A stretch of DNA of 32,000 bases from Archaeoglobus fulgidus DSM 4304. GTDB taxonomy: Archaea; Halobacteriota; Archaeoglobi; Archaeoglobales; Archaeoglobaceae. Position 1 is the first letter of the stretch; the number at the start of each line of letters is the position of its first letter. The notes below the pieces were generated by a model. That model was given only the letters and a program-made list of their open reading frames with translations, did no database searches and was not told where the DNA came from. Shown here piece after piece: positions 7,798 to 15,257 of this stretch. The stretch is from the NCBI RefSeq assembly GCF_000008665.1, contig NC_000917.1, forward strand, positions 330,001 through 362,000. The letters run 5' to 3'. Position numbers and translations under genes: made by a program.

Positions 7798-8349
7798 ATG
7801 CAGGATTACAAGATAAAAATCGAGAATGTTGTGGCATCAACCCAGATTGGAGAAAATATAGATTTGAACAAGATTTCTAGGGAAATTAAGGACTCAGAAT
7901 ACAAACCAAAGCAGTTTCCCGGACTGGTTTTGAGAACGAAGGAGCCAAAGGCTGCCGCTCTGGTTTTCAGGAGTGGGAAGGTCGTGTGCACAGGCTCCAA
8001 GAGCGTGGAGGACGCAAGAAGGGCGGTAAAGCAAATCGTGAAGATGCTGAAGGAAATCGGCATTTCGGTAATCGACGAGCCTGAGGTGAAGGTTCAGAAC
8101 ATCGTAGCTTCTGCGGACCTCGGAGTTGATTTGAACCTCAACGCAATAGCTATCGGTCTGGGACTTGAGAACATTGAGTACGAGCCGGAGCAGTTTCCGG
8201 GTCTAGTTTACAGGCTTGACAATCCGAGAGTTGTCGTGCTGATTTTCGGTTCCGGCAAGATGGTTGTTACAGGCGGTAAAAGCCCTGAAGATGCTAGAAA
8301 GGCTGTTGAAAGGATTTCTGAGGAGCTCAGAACTCTGGGACTGATGTAA
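7798..8349 (+). CDS. tbp: TATA-box-binding protein
   Basis: 183 aa with the two TBP direct repeats ([18 protein letters not shown]...QFPGLVLR...[10 protein letters not shown] and [18 protein letters not shown]...QFPGLVYR...[10 protein letters not shown]). Confidence 0.97.
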   Translation: MQDYKIKIENVVASTQIGENIDLNKISREIKDSEYKPKQFPGLVLRTKEPKAAALVFRSGKVVCTGSKSVEDARRAVKQIVKMLKEIGISVIDEPEVKVQNIVASADLGVDLNLNAIAIGLGLENIEYEPEQFPGLVYRLDNPRVVVLIFGSGKMVVTGGKSPEDARKAVERISEELRTLGLM

Positions 8350-8350
8350 G

Positions 8351-9148
8351 ATGATGCCGGATAAGAAGGGCTACATAATTGACATAGATGGGGTCATCGG
8401 CAAGAGCGTTACACCGATTCCAGAGGGCGTTGAAGGTGTAAAAAAGCTCAAAGAGCTCGGCAAGAAAATAATTTTCGTTTCGAACAACTCAACGAGGAGC
8501 AGGAGAATTCTGCTTGAGAGGTTGAGGAGCTTCGGTCTTGAAGTCGGTGAAGATGAAATACTAGTGGCAACCTACGCAACTGCCAGGTTTATTGCAAGAG
8601 AGAAGCCAAATGCGAAGGTTTTCACAACTGGAGAGGAGGGCCTGATAGAGGAACTGAGGCTAGCTGGGCTGGAGATTGTTGACTACGATGAGGCAGAGTA
8701 CCTGGTTGTTGGCTCAAACAGGAAAATAAACTTCGAGCTCATGACCAAAGCCCTGAGGGCCTGTCTGAGGGGGATAAGGTACATCGCAACCAACCCCGAC
8801 AGAATTTTTCCCGCCGAGGACGGCCCAATTCCCGGAACAGGTATGATTATCGGCGCTCTCTACTGGATGACCGGCAGGGAGCCTGATGTCGTCGTTGGAA
8901 AGCCTTCGGAAGTTATAATGCGCGAGGCTCTTGACATTCTCGGCCTTGACGCTAAGGACGTTGCGGTTGTCGGAGACCAGATAGACGTCGATGTAGCTGC
9001 TGGAAAAGCTATTGGGGCAGAGACTGTACTCGTTCTCACCGGTGTGACAACAAGAGAGAACCTGGACCAGATGATTGAAAGGCACGGATTAAAGCCCGAC
9101 TACGTCTTCAACTCTCTGAAGGATATGGTTGAGGCTCTGGAGGGGTAA
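8351..9148 (+). CDS. HAD-superfamily hydrolase, subfamily IIA (NagD / p-nitrophenyl-phosphatase-like sugar phosphatase)
   Basis: 265 aa. HAD motifs IIDIDGV (I), VSNNS (II), GKP (Lys) and VGDQIDVDV (IV). The ATG is 1 nt after the tbp stop. Confidence 0.85.
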   Translation: MMPDKKGYIIDIDGVIGKSVTPIPEGVEGVKKLKELGKKIIFVSNNSTRSRRILLERLRSFGLEVGEDEILVATYATARFIAREKPNAKVFTTGEEGLIEELRLAGLEIVDYDEAEYLVVGSNRKINFELMTKALRACLRGIRYIATNPDRIFPAEDGPIPGTGMIIGALYWMTGREPDVVVGKPSEVIMREALDILGLDAKDVAVVGDQIDVDVAAGKAIGAETVLVLTGVTTRENLDQMIERHGLKPDYVFNSLKDMVEALEG

Positions 9149-9149
9149 G

Positions 9150-9773
9150 ATGGACACGGCAAACGACTTTCGAATCCTGCTGGCTGAGAAGGGTGTGGAG
9201 GAGCTTATCAGAGTGTCGCAGTCGTTGCAGGTGCAGGGGAGAAAAAAGTTCGTTGAAGCGCTGAAATCAATCTCGTCTGAGCTTCAGAACGTTAAGTACT
9301 GCTACCTGAGCGTTGATGAGCTCTTGGAGTTCGAGAGCTTTCTGAAGGTCGTTGATACCGCAAGCAGTTTAAGAAAAATGCTTCCCGACTCGAAGGACTA
9401 CAGTACCGCCATAGCAGATTACTGGCTTGAGTACCTGGCGCATCTTCCAGAACTGATGAAGAGGGGAGAAATAGAGAGGATCGGAGAGGCAATAAGGTAC
9501 TTTGCTGGAGAAATCACCTCGAGAAGCGGTCTGGACGGGCTCTGGCTGTGCGTCTTCGACTGTGGGGGGAGGCTTGAGGTCGTAACGAACAGCGAGGAGT
9601 ACAGGCAGGGGAAGAAGGCTGTAGTAGCGTATCTCCCGCCAAGAAGGTTTGGGAAGGAAATCAGCAGAGGAATGTTTGTTTTGCAGCACGACAGGATAGC
9701 GAAGAAGGGTGAATTGAACTTGCGGACATTAAAAGCATCAGAAAGTGGCTCGGGGAAGTTGAGTCTATTTTAA
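9150..9773 (+). CDS. Uncharacterised protein: helical N-terminal region plus a C-terminal segment resembling the tRNA-binding (EMAP/Trbp111/CsaA) OB-fold
   Basis: I chose ATG 9150 (ggagggg 3-9 nt upstream, 1 nt after the HAD stop) over the track's TTG at 9129. LWLCVFDCGGRLEVVTNSEEYRQGKKAVVAYLPPRRFGKEISRGMFVL resembles the tRNA_bind pattern GKK-vvvv-NLkPrk-fG-eSqGM, recalled from memory. Confidence 0.5.
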   Translation: MDTANDFRILLAEKGVEELIRVSQSLQVQGRKKFVEALKSISSELQNVKYCYLSVDELLEFESFLKVVDTASSLRKMLPDSKDYSTAIADYWLEYLAHLPELMKRGEIERIGEAIRYFAGEITSRSGLDGLWLCVFDCGGRLEVVTNSEEYRQGKKAVVAYLPPRRFGKEISRGMFVLQHDRIAKKGELNLRTLKASESGSGKLSLF

Positions 9774-9797
9774 CTGATTTAATAAAAAGGTAAAAAA
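9774..9797. terminator. Bidirectional A/T-run terminator between convergent genes
   Basis: ctgatttaataaaaaggtaaaaaa. On the minus strand this places T6 and T5 runs immediately after the cdhE stop. Confidence 0.4.
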
Positions 9798-11210
9798 TTA
9801 CTCTTTGGGTGGCCAGTTCTTTTCGAGCCACCCCTTAATTCTTCCAGAGTCCATTGGTCCTACAAGCACCTTCCAGCCGGTTTCGTCCTCAATCGCTCCC
9901 TGCAGCCTTGCAGCAAGACCCGGTATCACAAGGTAGCGGTGGTTAACCTTCTCCTCAATCTTCGTTTCCTCTATGAGCTCCTTGACCTTTGATGCCGTGA
10001 ACTGCCCGCCAGCAACGCTAACCTCGACACCCAATCCTTCTGTGTTGAGGACGAGCAACCATCCCTTGATTCCACCGCTTGTCAGGTCGCTCTCGACTGT
10101 GTAGTACGTCAGGGCGAAGTTGGTCGTGATGAACACTGGATCGTCCGGACCTGGGTCGTTGATTGCCCTCAATCCGGGCTCAACCTGCACAGGCGTTCTT
10201 GGATCGGTGTAGATGTTGAACCTGAGCGTTATCGTAGGCATAACCACGTGCTGGTCAATGCTCCTGAAAATCATGACATCTCCGTACTTAACAATGAAAA
10301 TGCTCGCTATCACAGCCTCCCAGTAGGATTTTGTAACGTCATCTCCCTCAATCAGCCATGCCGCGATCGGAGTTATCATGATCGGATATGCAACATCCTT
10401 GTCCTGGCCTGCTATTGCCGTTCTGCGAAGCTGTATGACCCTCTCAAACGTCCCCTTAAGTCCCTCTCCAAGGGGCTCAGTGACAGGGTCGAGGACGATG
10501 TCCTTAACCCCTGCCTGCTTGAACGTTACCGCCATGCTTTTCAGCAGGTCCAAGTCCTTAGCTCTCAGCGTTACCGGCACCTTGTACTCCAGAGCCAATT
10601 TGAGGAACTCCTTCCAGTTACCCTCGGTTGCTGCGTACATCAGCGGTCTCTGGTCGGCAACCTCCTCCAACGCTGCCTTCATGCATTCAGAATCGAGAGC
10701 AACGAGGATGAGCGGCTTGCCGTATGATGCAACCTTCTTAACAACCTCTCTGTACCTCTTCGGGTCTCCAGAGGTGCACCTCACAGCAAAGCCGTCGAGC
10801 GTGAGGAAGTTTCCGACGTAGAACTTCTTGTAGCTTACTACCCTATCACATCTCTCTTCCAGAGCCTTGTCGTCCATCGTGTCCCAGACGTCGTAGAAGA
10901 AGCCGGTTGGGTTGAAGAATGTGAGCTCGTGCCTGTGAAGCACCTCTTCGCCACCAATCTTTACCGCGTTCTCTCCAACGCCTATTACGACTTCAGCTAT
11001 TTCCGGAGCGGTAAGCTCAAGAAGCTCTTCAAGCTTCTTTTTGACCTTCGGGTCCTTTTCCGCATCTCTCACAAGCGGCTTGCAGTCGAGAGGTGTTACT
11101 GATCTATCAAGGATGTGGGCTGCAAAGCTCATGCAGGTGTCGAAGCCGCATTCTCCGCAGTTAGTTCTCGGCAGGTAGTTGTAAACCTCAAGGGGGCTCT
11201 TTACCTTCAT
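9798..11210 (-). CDS. cdhE: Acetyl-CoA decarbonylase/synthase complex gamma subunit (corrinoid/Fe-S protein large subunit)
   Basis: 470 aa. N-terminal [4Fe-4S] motif NCGECGFDTCMSFA. Position in the cdh operon, 3 nt after the cdhD stop. Confidence 0.95.
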   Translation of the reverse strand: MKVKSPLEVYNYLPRTNCGECGFDTCMSFAAHILDRSVTPLDCKPLVRDAEKDPKVKKKLEELLELTAPEIAEVVIGVGENAVKIGGEEVLHRHELTFFNPTGFFYDVWDTMDDKALEERCDRVVSYKKFYVGNFLTLDGFAVRCTSGDPKRYREVVKKVASYGKPLILVALDSECMKAALEEVADQRPLMYAATEGNWKEFLKLALEYKVPVTLRAKDLDLLKSMAVTFKQAGVKDIVLDPVTEPLGEGLKGTFERVIQLRRTAIAGQDKDVAYPIMITPIAAWLIEGDDVTKSYWEAVIASIFIVKYGDVMIFRSIDQHVVMPTITLRFNIYTDPRTPVQVEPGLRAINDPGPDDPVFITTNFALTYYTVESDLTSGGIKGWLLVLNTEGLGVEVSVAGGQFTASKVKELIEETKIEEKVNHRYLVIPGLAARLQGAIEDETGWKVLVGPMDSGRIKGWLEKNWPPKE

Positions 11211-11213
11211 TCA

Positions 11214-12581
11214 TTACACCTCCATGAAAATCCACTCGCCAGGGTCAGCCACTCCTCCGCTAACCTTACCGCCGAGTGTGTTGAAGACCTCCTTGAGGAC
11301 GGCAACTGCTACTGGATGCATCATCATGAAGAGATCGACTCCGGCAAGGGAGAGTGTCAGACCAGTTATAATCTCCCAGATTGGGCCTCTGAGCTCTCTT
11401 GGCCCCCAGGGCGTGTCCTCTTCAATCGGTGAGTCCACCATCCAGGCCTCTCTCGCTCCCCACGCGTTGGTCGTACCGCTTGATATCGGGAAGTTCAGGT
11501 CTGTGTCTCCCTTCAAACCGCTGATTCTGATTCTCTCCATGTTCGTGAAGGCATAGTCAAGGCCATAACCGAGGGCTGCGGTCGTTGGGTCCATGACGAT
11601 GCTGTCTCTCGGCATCTCGACCCTCTTCAGCAGGTACCTGTTGAGCGTCTTCTGGTTGTTTATGTCCATCTGGGTCCAGCTCAAAACGACATGGCCGTAC
11701 TTCTTGGCTGCGTTGGCAATCCTTTCCCAGTCCATGTCGAGAGTTGCTGAGGCAAGCATGATTCTCTCTCCCTCAGCTACCTCCGCGGCCTTCTCAAGAA
11801 CCTCGGGGTCCTTCTCCTTGTTTCCGCTACCTCCAACGATTATGGGGCACTTCACCGCCTGCAGAACGTCCTCAAGAACCTTCACGGCCTCGCTTGCAGG
11901 TGTGTCGTCCAGCAGGGGGTCCGTGCTGATGAGGTGGAGCGTTACTAGGTCAGCACCGAACTTCTTAACACACTTCCTCGCCCACTCTGCAGGGTTGTCC
12001 AGCACATCCTCGTAGTGCATCCTCACCGCCTTTGCGAGCATGGGCCTTCTGTCGAAGACGTCAATGGCTATTGCGGGAAGGTGGGGCTGTGGGGCGTCGA
12101 AGGTGTAGAAAGCGAGACTCCTCTCTCCACCAAGCGTGACAGTGTACTCCCTGGTTCCCCCATCAGCCTTGGTTGCGCCAAGAACAACCTCCTCTATCTT
12201 GCCCGGATACTCCTCCTTGTATGGCTCAAACTTTGCCCTTACAAGCTCTGCTGGAATCTTCAGCTCCTCGACTGCCGGAACCTCAGCCGGTGCAGCAGGA
12301 GCCGCAGGGGCAAGCTGAGGCTGTGCAGCGAAGGGTGTTGGGATGCCAAGGGCTGCAGAAAGCCTCTGCAGATAGCCGAGTGCCATGTTTGCGTGATACA
12401 GGAAGTTACCGAATTCGGAAAGCATTGAGTAAAGAGGGGCAATTGCTGATAGGTCTATCGACGATCCCTCGAACTCTATTTCGAGGTCGCCCTCAATTTT
12501 CACCCCTTCTATCTCCTCTACATTATACTTTTTCAGCAAATCCAAAAACTCCTCAAGCGTGAACTTTTTCAAATTAATCAC
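11214..12581 (-). CDS. cdhD: Acetyl-CoA decarbonylase/synthase complex delta subunit (corrinoid/Fe-S protein small subunit)
   Basis: 455 aa. Operon context between cooC and cdhE. GTG start overlapping the cooC stop (GTGA). An Ala/Pro-rich linker follows an ~80-aa N-terminal module. Confidence 0.9.
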   Translation of the reverse strand: MINLKKFTLEEFLDLLKKYNVEEIEGVKIEGDLEIEFEGSSIDLSAIAPLYSMLSEFGNFLYHANMALGYLQRLSAALGIPTPFAAQPQLAPAAPAAPAEVPAVEELKIPAELVRAKFEPYKEEYPGKIEEVVLGATKADGGTREYTVTLGGERSLAFYTFDAPQPHLPAIAIDVFDRRPMLAKAVRMHYEDVLDNPAEWARKCVKKFGADLVTLHLISTDPLLDDTPASEAVKVLEDVLQAVKCPIIVGGSGNKEKDPEVLEKAAEVAEGERIMLASATLDMDWERIANAAKKYGHVVLSWTQMDINNQKTLNRYLLKRVEMPRDSIVMDPTTAALGYGLDYAFTNMERIRISGLKGDTDLNFPISSGTTNAWGAREAWMVDSPIEEDTPWGPRELRGPIWEIITGLTLSLAGVDLFMMMHPVAVAVLKEVFNTLGGKVSGGVADPGEWIFMEV

Positions 12582-13354
12582 CTCGCTTTGGCTGACAAAT
12601 TGAGCATTAAATTAGCTACATCCTTCATTTTCCTATAGACTTCAGAATTCTTGTCTATCTTGCTTACAGGTTCTCCTCTAAGGTCGATTTCTGCTACACT
12701 GCTGTCGTAGGGCAGCACGGCAAGAAGCTCCAAACCCTCCTCTTTCGCAAACTCTCTAATCGTTTTCTCTGCATCCTCGGAAGCGATTCTGTTGGCAATC
12801 AGGAAAATCTTCTTGAAGTTCAGCTTGAGCTCACTGGCAAGCTCTTTGATCCTCTTTGCAGTTGCCAGTCCCTTTCTCGACATGTCAGTTACGATTATTA
12901 TGTAATCAGCAGAGTCGATGGTTTTTCTGCTGAAGTGCTCCAGACCAGCTTCGGTGTCGATTATTATGTACTCGTAGTGTCTCATCAGCCTCTTCAGCAC
13001 ACCTCGAAGCAGAGAATTGGCAAAGCAGTAGCACCCCTCTCCTTCCGGCCTTCCCATCACCAGAAGGTCGTATCTGGGGCACTCGCATATTGCTTCAGCG
13101 TAAATCTTGCCTTCCAACCACTGCTCCTTGTTCATTGAACCCATTTCATCCCTGCTAACCTGAAAGAGCTCCCTGATTTCGCCAAGAGTTTTTCTTACCT
13201 GCTTCTCCACACCGAGAGCTTCTGGGAGGTTGCTGTCTGGGTCGGCATCAACTGCCAGAACGCTTGTAGTGTGCTCTGAAATAAAATTAATGAGGAGGGC
13301 GGAAACCAGCGTTTTTCCGGTCCCACCCTTGCCTGCCACCGCGATTACTGTCAT
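12578..13354 (-). CDS. cooC: CooC-type nickel-insertion accessory ATPase (MinD/Mrp-like P-loop)
   Basis: 258 aa. Deviant Walker A AGKGGTGKT near the N-terminus, and the CxC metal motif in GRPEGEGCYCFANS. Embedded in the cdh operon. Confidence 0.9.
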   Translation of the reverse strand: MTVIAVAGKGGTGKTLVSALLINFISEHTTSVLAVDADPDSNLPEALGVEKQVRKTLGEIRELFQVSRDEMGSMNKEQWLEGKIYAEAICECPRYDLLVMGRPEGEGCYCFANSLLRGVLKRLMRHYEYIIIDTEAGLEHFSRKTIDSADYIIIVTDMSRKGLATAKRIKELASELKLNFKKIFLIANRIASEDAEKTIREFAKEEGLELLAVLPYDSSVAEIDLRGEPVSKIDKNSEVYRKMKDVANLMLNLSAKAR

Positions 13355-13437
13355 TCTTCTTCCTCTATTATCAGCTCTGGGATATGAATCTGAGCTCCTT
13401 TAAGGATGAGTTTAACCTTCTTCACTTCCTCCTCCAT
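13351..13437 (-). CDS. Candidate 28-aa micro-ORF bridging cdhC and cooC
   Basis: The ATG (13437-13435) shares one nt with the cdhC TAA (TAATG). The TGA (13353-13351) overlaps the cooC ATG (ATGA). Peptide MEEEVKKVKLILKGAQIHIPELIIEEEE; its core resembles the CdhC tail VKLVIKDAKITIEKVII. Confidence 0.35.
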   Translation of the reverse strand: MEEEVKKVKLILKGAQIHIPELIIEEEE

Positions 13438-15011
13438 TACTTCCCACCCTTCTTCTCCTTCTCTGCCTTCTTGATGATGACCTTTTCGATGGTAATCTTC
13501 GCGTCCTTGATTACAAGCTTGACACCTGCCGGAGCTGCTGACGCTGCAGGCATCTGAAGGGCGGGGAGCTGGAATCCTGGCATCTGCATCGGCATTGGCT
13601 GCATTGCCATCGGCTGAGCTGCTTGTGCTGGCTGAGCTGCTGGTGCTGCCTCAGCAGCAGCCTCCTCAGCGACCTCTTCAGCCTCTTCTTCCTCTTCCTC
13701 AACCCATCCGTTGGTAATCTTCTTGCCGTCAACCGGCCTTACAACACCCTTGACAACGGGGTGGTCAACTTTCTTGAGGAACTCCCTCAGCTCATCAAGG
13801 GTCTTGGCATCCTCCTCGGTTGCAATCTTGTCCCTGATGTCGTCCGGGATGTACTTTGCCACTCTCTCTTTCAGCTCCTTCGGCATCCAGACCGTCCTGT
13901 ACCACCCACCATCGGCCTGAATGAACTTCTTGCTTCTGAAGTAGGCTATACCGATGCCAAGGAACCCAACGACCTGCTTTCCACCACCAGTCTGACCGGC
14001 CATTGTTGAGAACGTCAAACCGTTGGGTGCGGGTTCAGCGTAGCCTCTGTGCACCCAGCCAATTCCGTCAACTTCGGGCATGTAGAAACCTATAACCTCA
14101 AAGCAACCACAGCTTGTGTGCGGATACTCGAAGAAGCTGTGCAGCTTTATCCTCTCGTACTCTCCACCGCTCTCCTGCTTTGCAAACTCGTTAACACCGC
14201 TGTACTCACCGCCGATCGGGTCAAGCAGCTCTCCCTTCGGCACCGCTCTGTTTGGCCCCTCGGGGTCAACCTTTGCTGCCGCTCTACCATCGAACCAGGT
14301 TATAGCTCCGCAGAGCGAGGGTCTGTCTGGGCTGACAATGCAGACGTTTGTTGGGGCGAAGCTCTGGCAGAGGGTGCATGAGTAGAACTCGTCAACGTCC
14401 TCATCGCTCAAAGCCTCAACTCTCGCGTCTCTCTCCTCGAAAATCGGCATTGCAAGCTCGTTGAGCAGCTTTTCAACCAGATCCTTGTCGGTGATGTAAA
14501 CAGCCTCAATCTTCTCGATGAAGGGGAGCTCGTTCTTGTAGAGCATCATTGTGGCTTTTGCAATCTGAATCAGGCTTTTCAGTCCCTTCTTGATCGCATT
14601 CTTTCCGATTCTGATCCAGATGTCGTATCTCTGGTTGAGGTGCATGTACCCCTCGATGTAGTTCTGGAAGTCGTGGTTTCTTCTCTCGATAACAGGCTCA
14701 AGATCAGTCTCTACCATCTCACCGGCGATGTAGTAAATCATCGCGTAGGGATATGCCTGTCCTTCCTCCATCTCGTCCAGATCCGGGCCGATGAGCGTGA
14801 CCTTCATGTCCTCTACCTGATCCATCGGCAGAGCCATGACAAGCTCGAACCCAGGCTGCGTTGGACCTCCAAGCTCAACGTACATGTCTCCCTTCCTGAT
14901 TCTCTCTCCCTCGTACATCGGAGAGATGTCAAATGGAAACTCTGCTTCCTCTCCAACGCTCTCCTTGACTTTAACACCCTCCGGAATCTCTATTCTTTTT
15001 CTTTCAACCAT
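13437..15011 (-). CDS. cdhC: Acetyl-CoA decarbonylase/synthase complex beta subunit (A-cluster acetyl-CoA synthase)
   Basis: 524 aa. Cys cluster CTLCQSFAPTNVCIVSPDRPSLCG and the Cys-Gly-Cys Ni-binding motif in HTSCGCFEV. SD ggaggtga upstream of the ATG at 15011. 87-aa low-complexity C-terminal extension. Confidence 0.95.
   Translation of the reverse strand: MVERKRIEIPEGVKVKESVGEEAEFPFDISPMYEGERIRKGDMYVELGGPTQPGFELVMALPMDQVEDMKVTLIGPDLDEMEEGQAYPYAMIYYIAGEMVETDLEPVIERRNHDFQNYIEGYMHLNQRYDIWIRIGKNAIKKGLKSLIQIAKATMMLYKNELPFIEKIEAVYITDKDLVEKLLNELAMPIFEERDARVEALSDEDVDEFYSCTLCQSFAPTNVCIVSPDRPSLCGAITWFDGRAAAKVDPEGPNRAVPKGELLDPIGGEYSGVNEFAKQESGGEYERIKLHSFFEYPHTSCGCFEVIGFYMPEVDGIGWVHRGYAEPAPNGLTFSTMAGQTGGGKQVVGFLGIGIAYFRSKKFIQADGGWYRTVWMPKELKERVAKYIPDDIRDKIATEEDAKTLDELREFLKKVDHPVVKGVVRPVDGKKITNGWVEEEEEEAEEVAEEAAAEAAPAAQPAQAAQPMAMQPMPMQMPGFQLPALQMPAASAAPAGVKLVIKDAKITIEKVIIKKAEKEKKGGK
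13612..13647 (-). repeat. 18-nt tandem duplication inside the cdhC linker
   Basis: ggctgagctgcttgtgct / ggctgagctgctggtgct (17/18 identical), encoding APAAQP-AQAAQP on the minus strand. Confidence 0.8.
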
Positions 15012-15235
15012 ATCTTGCTCACCTCCAAATTAAACTAAACTCTCCAGCTATACCCAAACAACAATTTTTGTTTATTTGTATTTATCGCTTTTCACCTTTC
15101 CGCCAACCTACACGATTCCTCACTGAGCCTGATTTTCTCAGGCTTCCTTTACGATTTTGGAGTCATTAGAATTTAAATTAATCGAAAAATATTCCATGTA
15201 GCAATTTTTTGAATCATAATTACAACAAGTGCTAA

Positions 15236-15257
15236 CAATAAAAAAAGAAGTAACACT
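15236..15257 (-). terminator. Oligo-T terminator after aglB
   Basis: Minus-strand T7 run (15240-15246), 12-18 nt downstream of the aglB TAA. Confidence 0.4.

Noticed and set aside
9129-9149. Upstream TTG/GTG starts proposed by the ORF track (9129, 18680, 23613, 24373, 25434, 31505)
   Set aside because: In each case a downstream ATG has a Shine-Dalgarno-like site, a stop/start overlap with the preceding gene, or correct TATA spacing. The N-terminal extensions add no conserved sequence.
13425-13445. Programmed -1 frameshift fusing CdhC to the micro-ORF frame
   Set aside because: The micro-ORF is in the -1 frame relative to cdhC, but I see no canonical slippery heptamer or downstream pseudoknot. 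Termination-reinitiation at TAATG is the simpler reading.
15126-15144. 7-bp stem hairpin (agcctga ttttc tcaggct) between aglB and cdhC
   Set aside because: It lies upstream of the likely cdhC TATA region and well past the aglB oligo-T run. It has no flanking T-tract or repeat partner, so no function can be argued.
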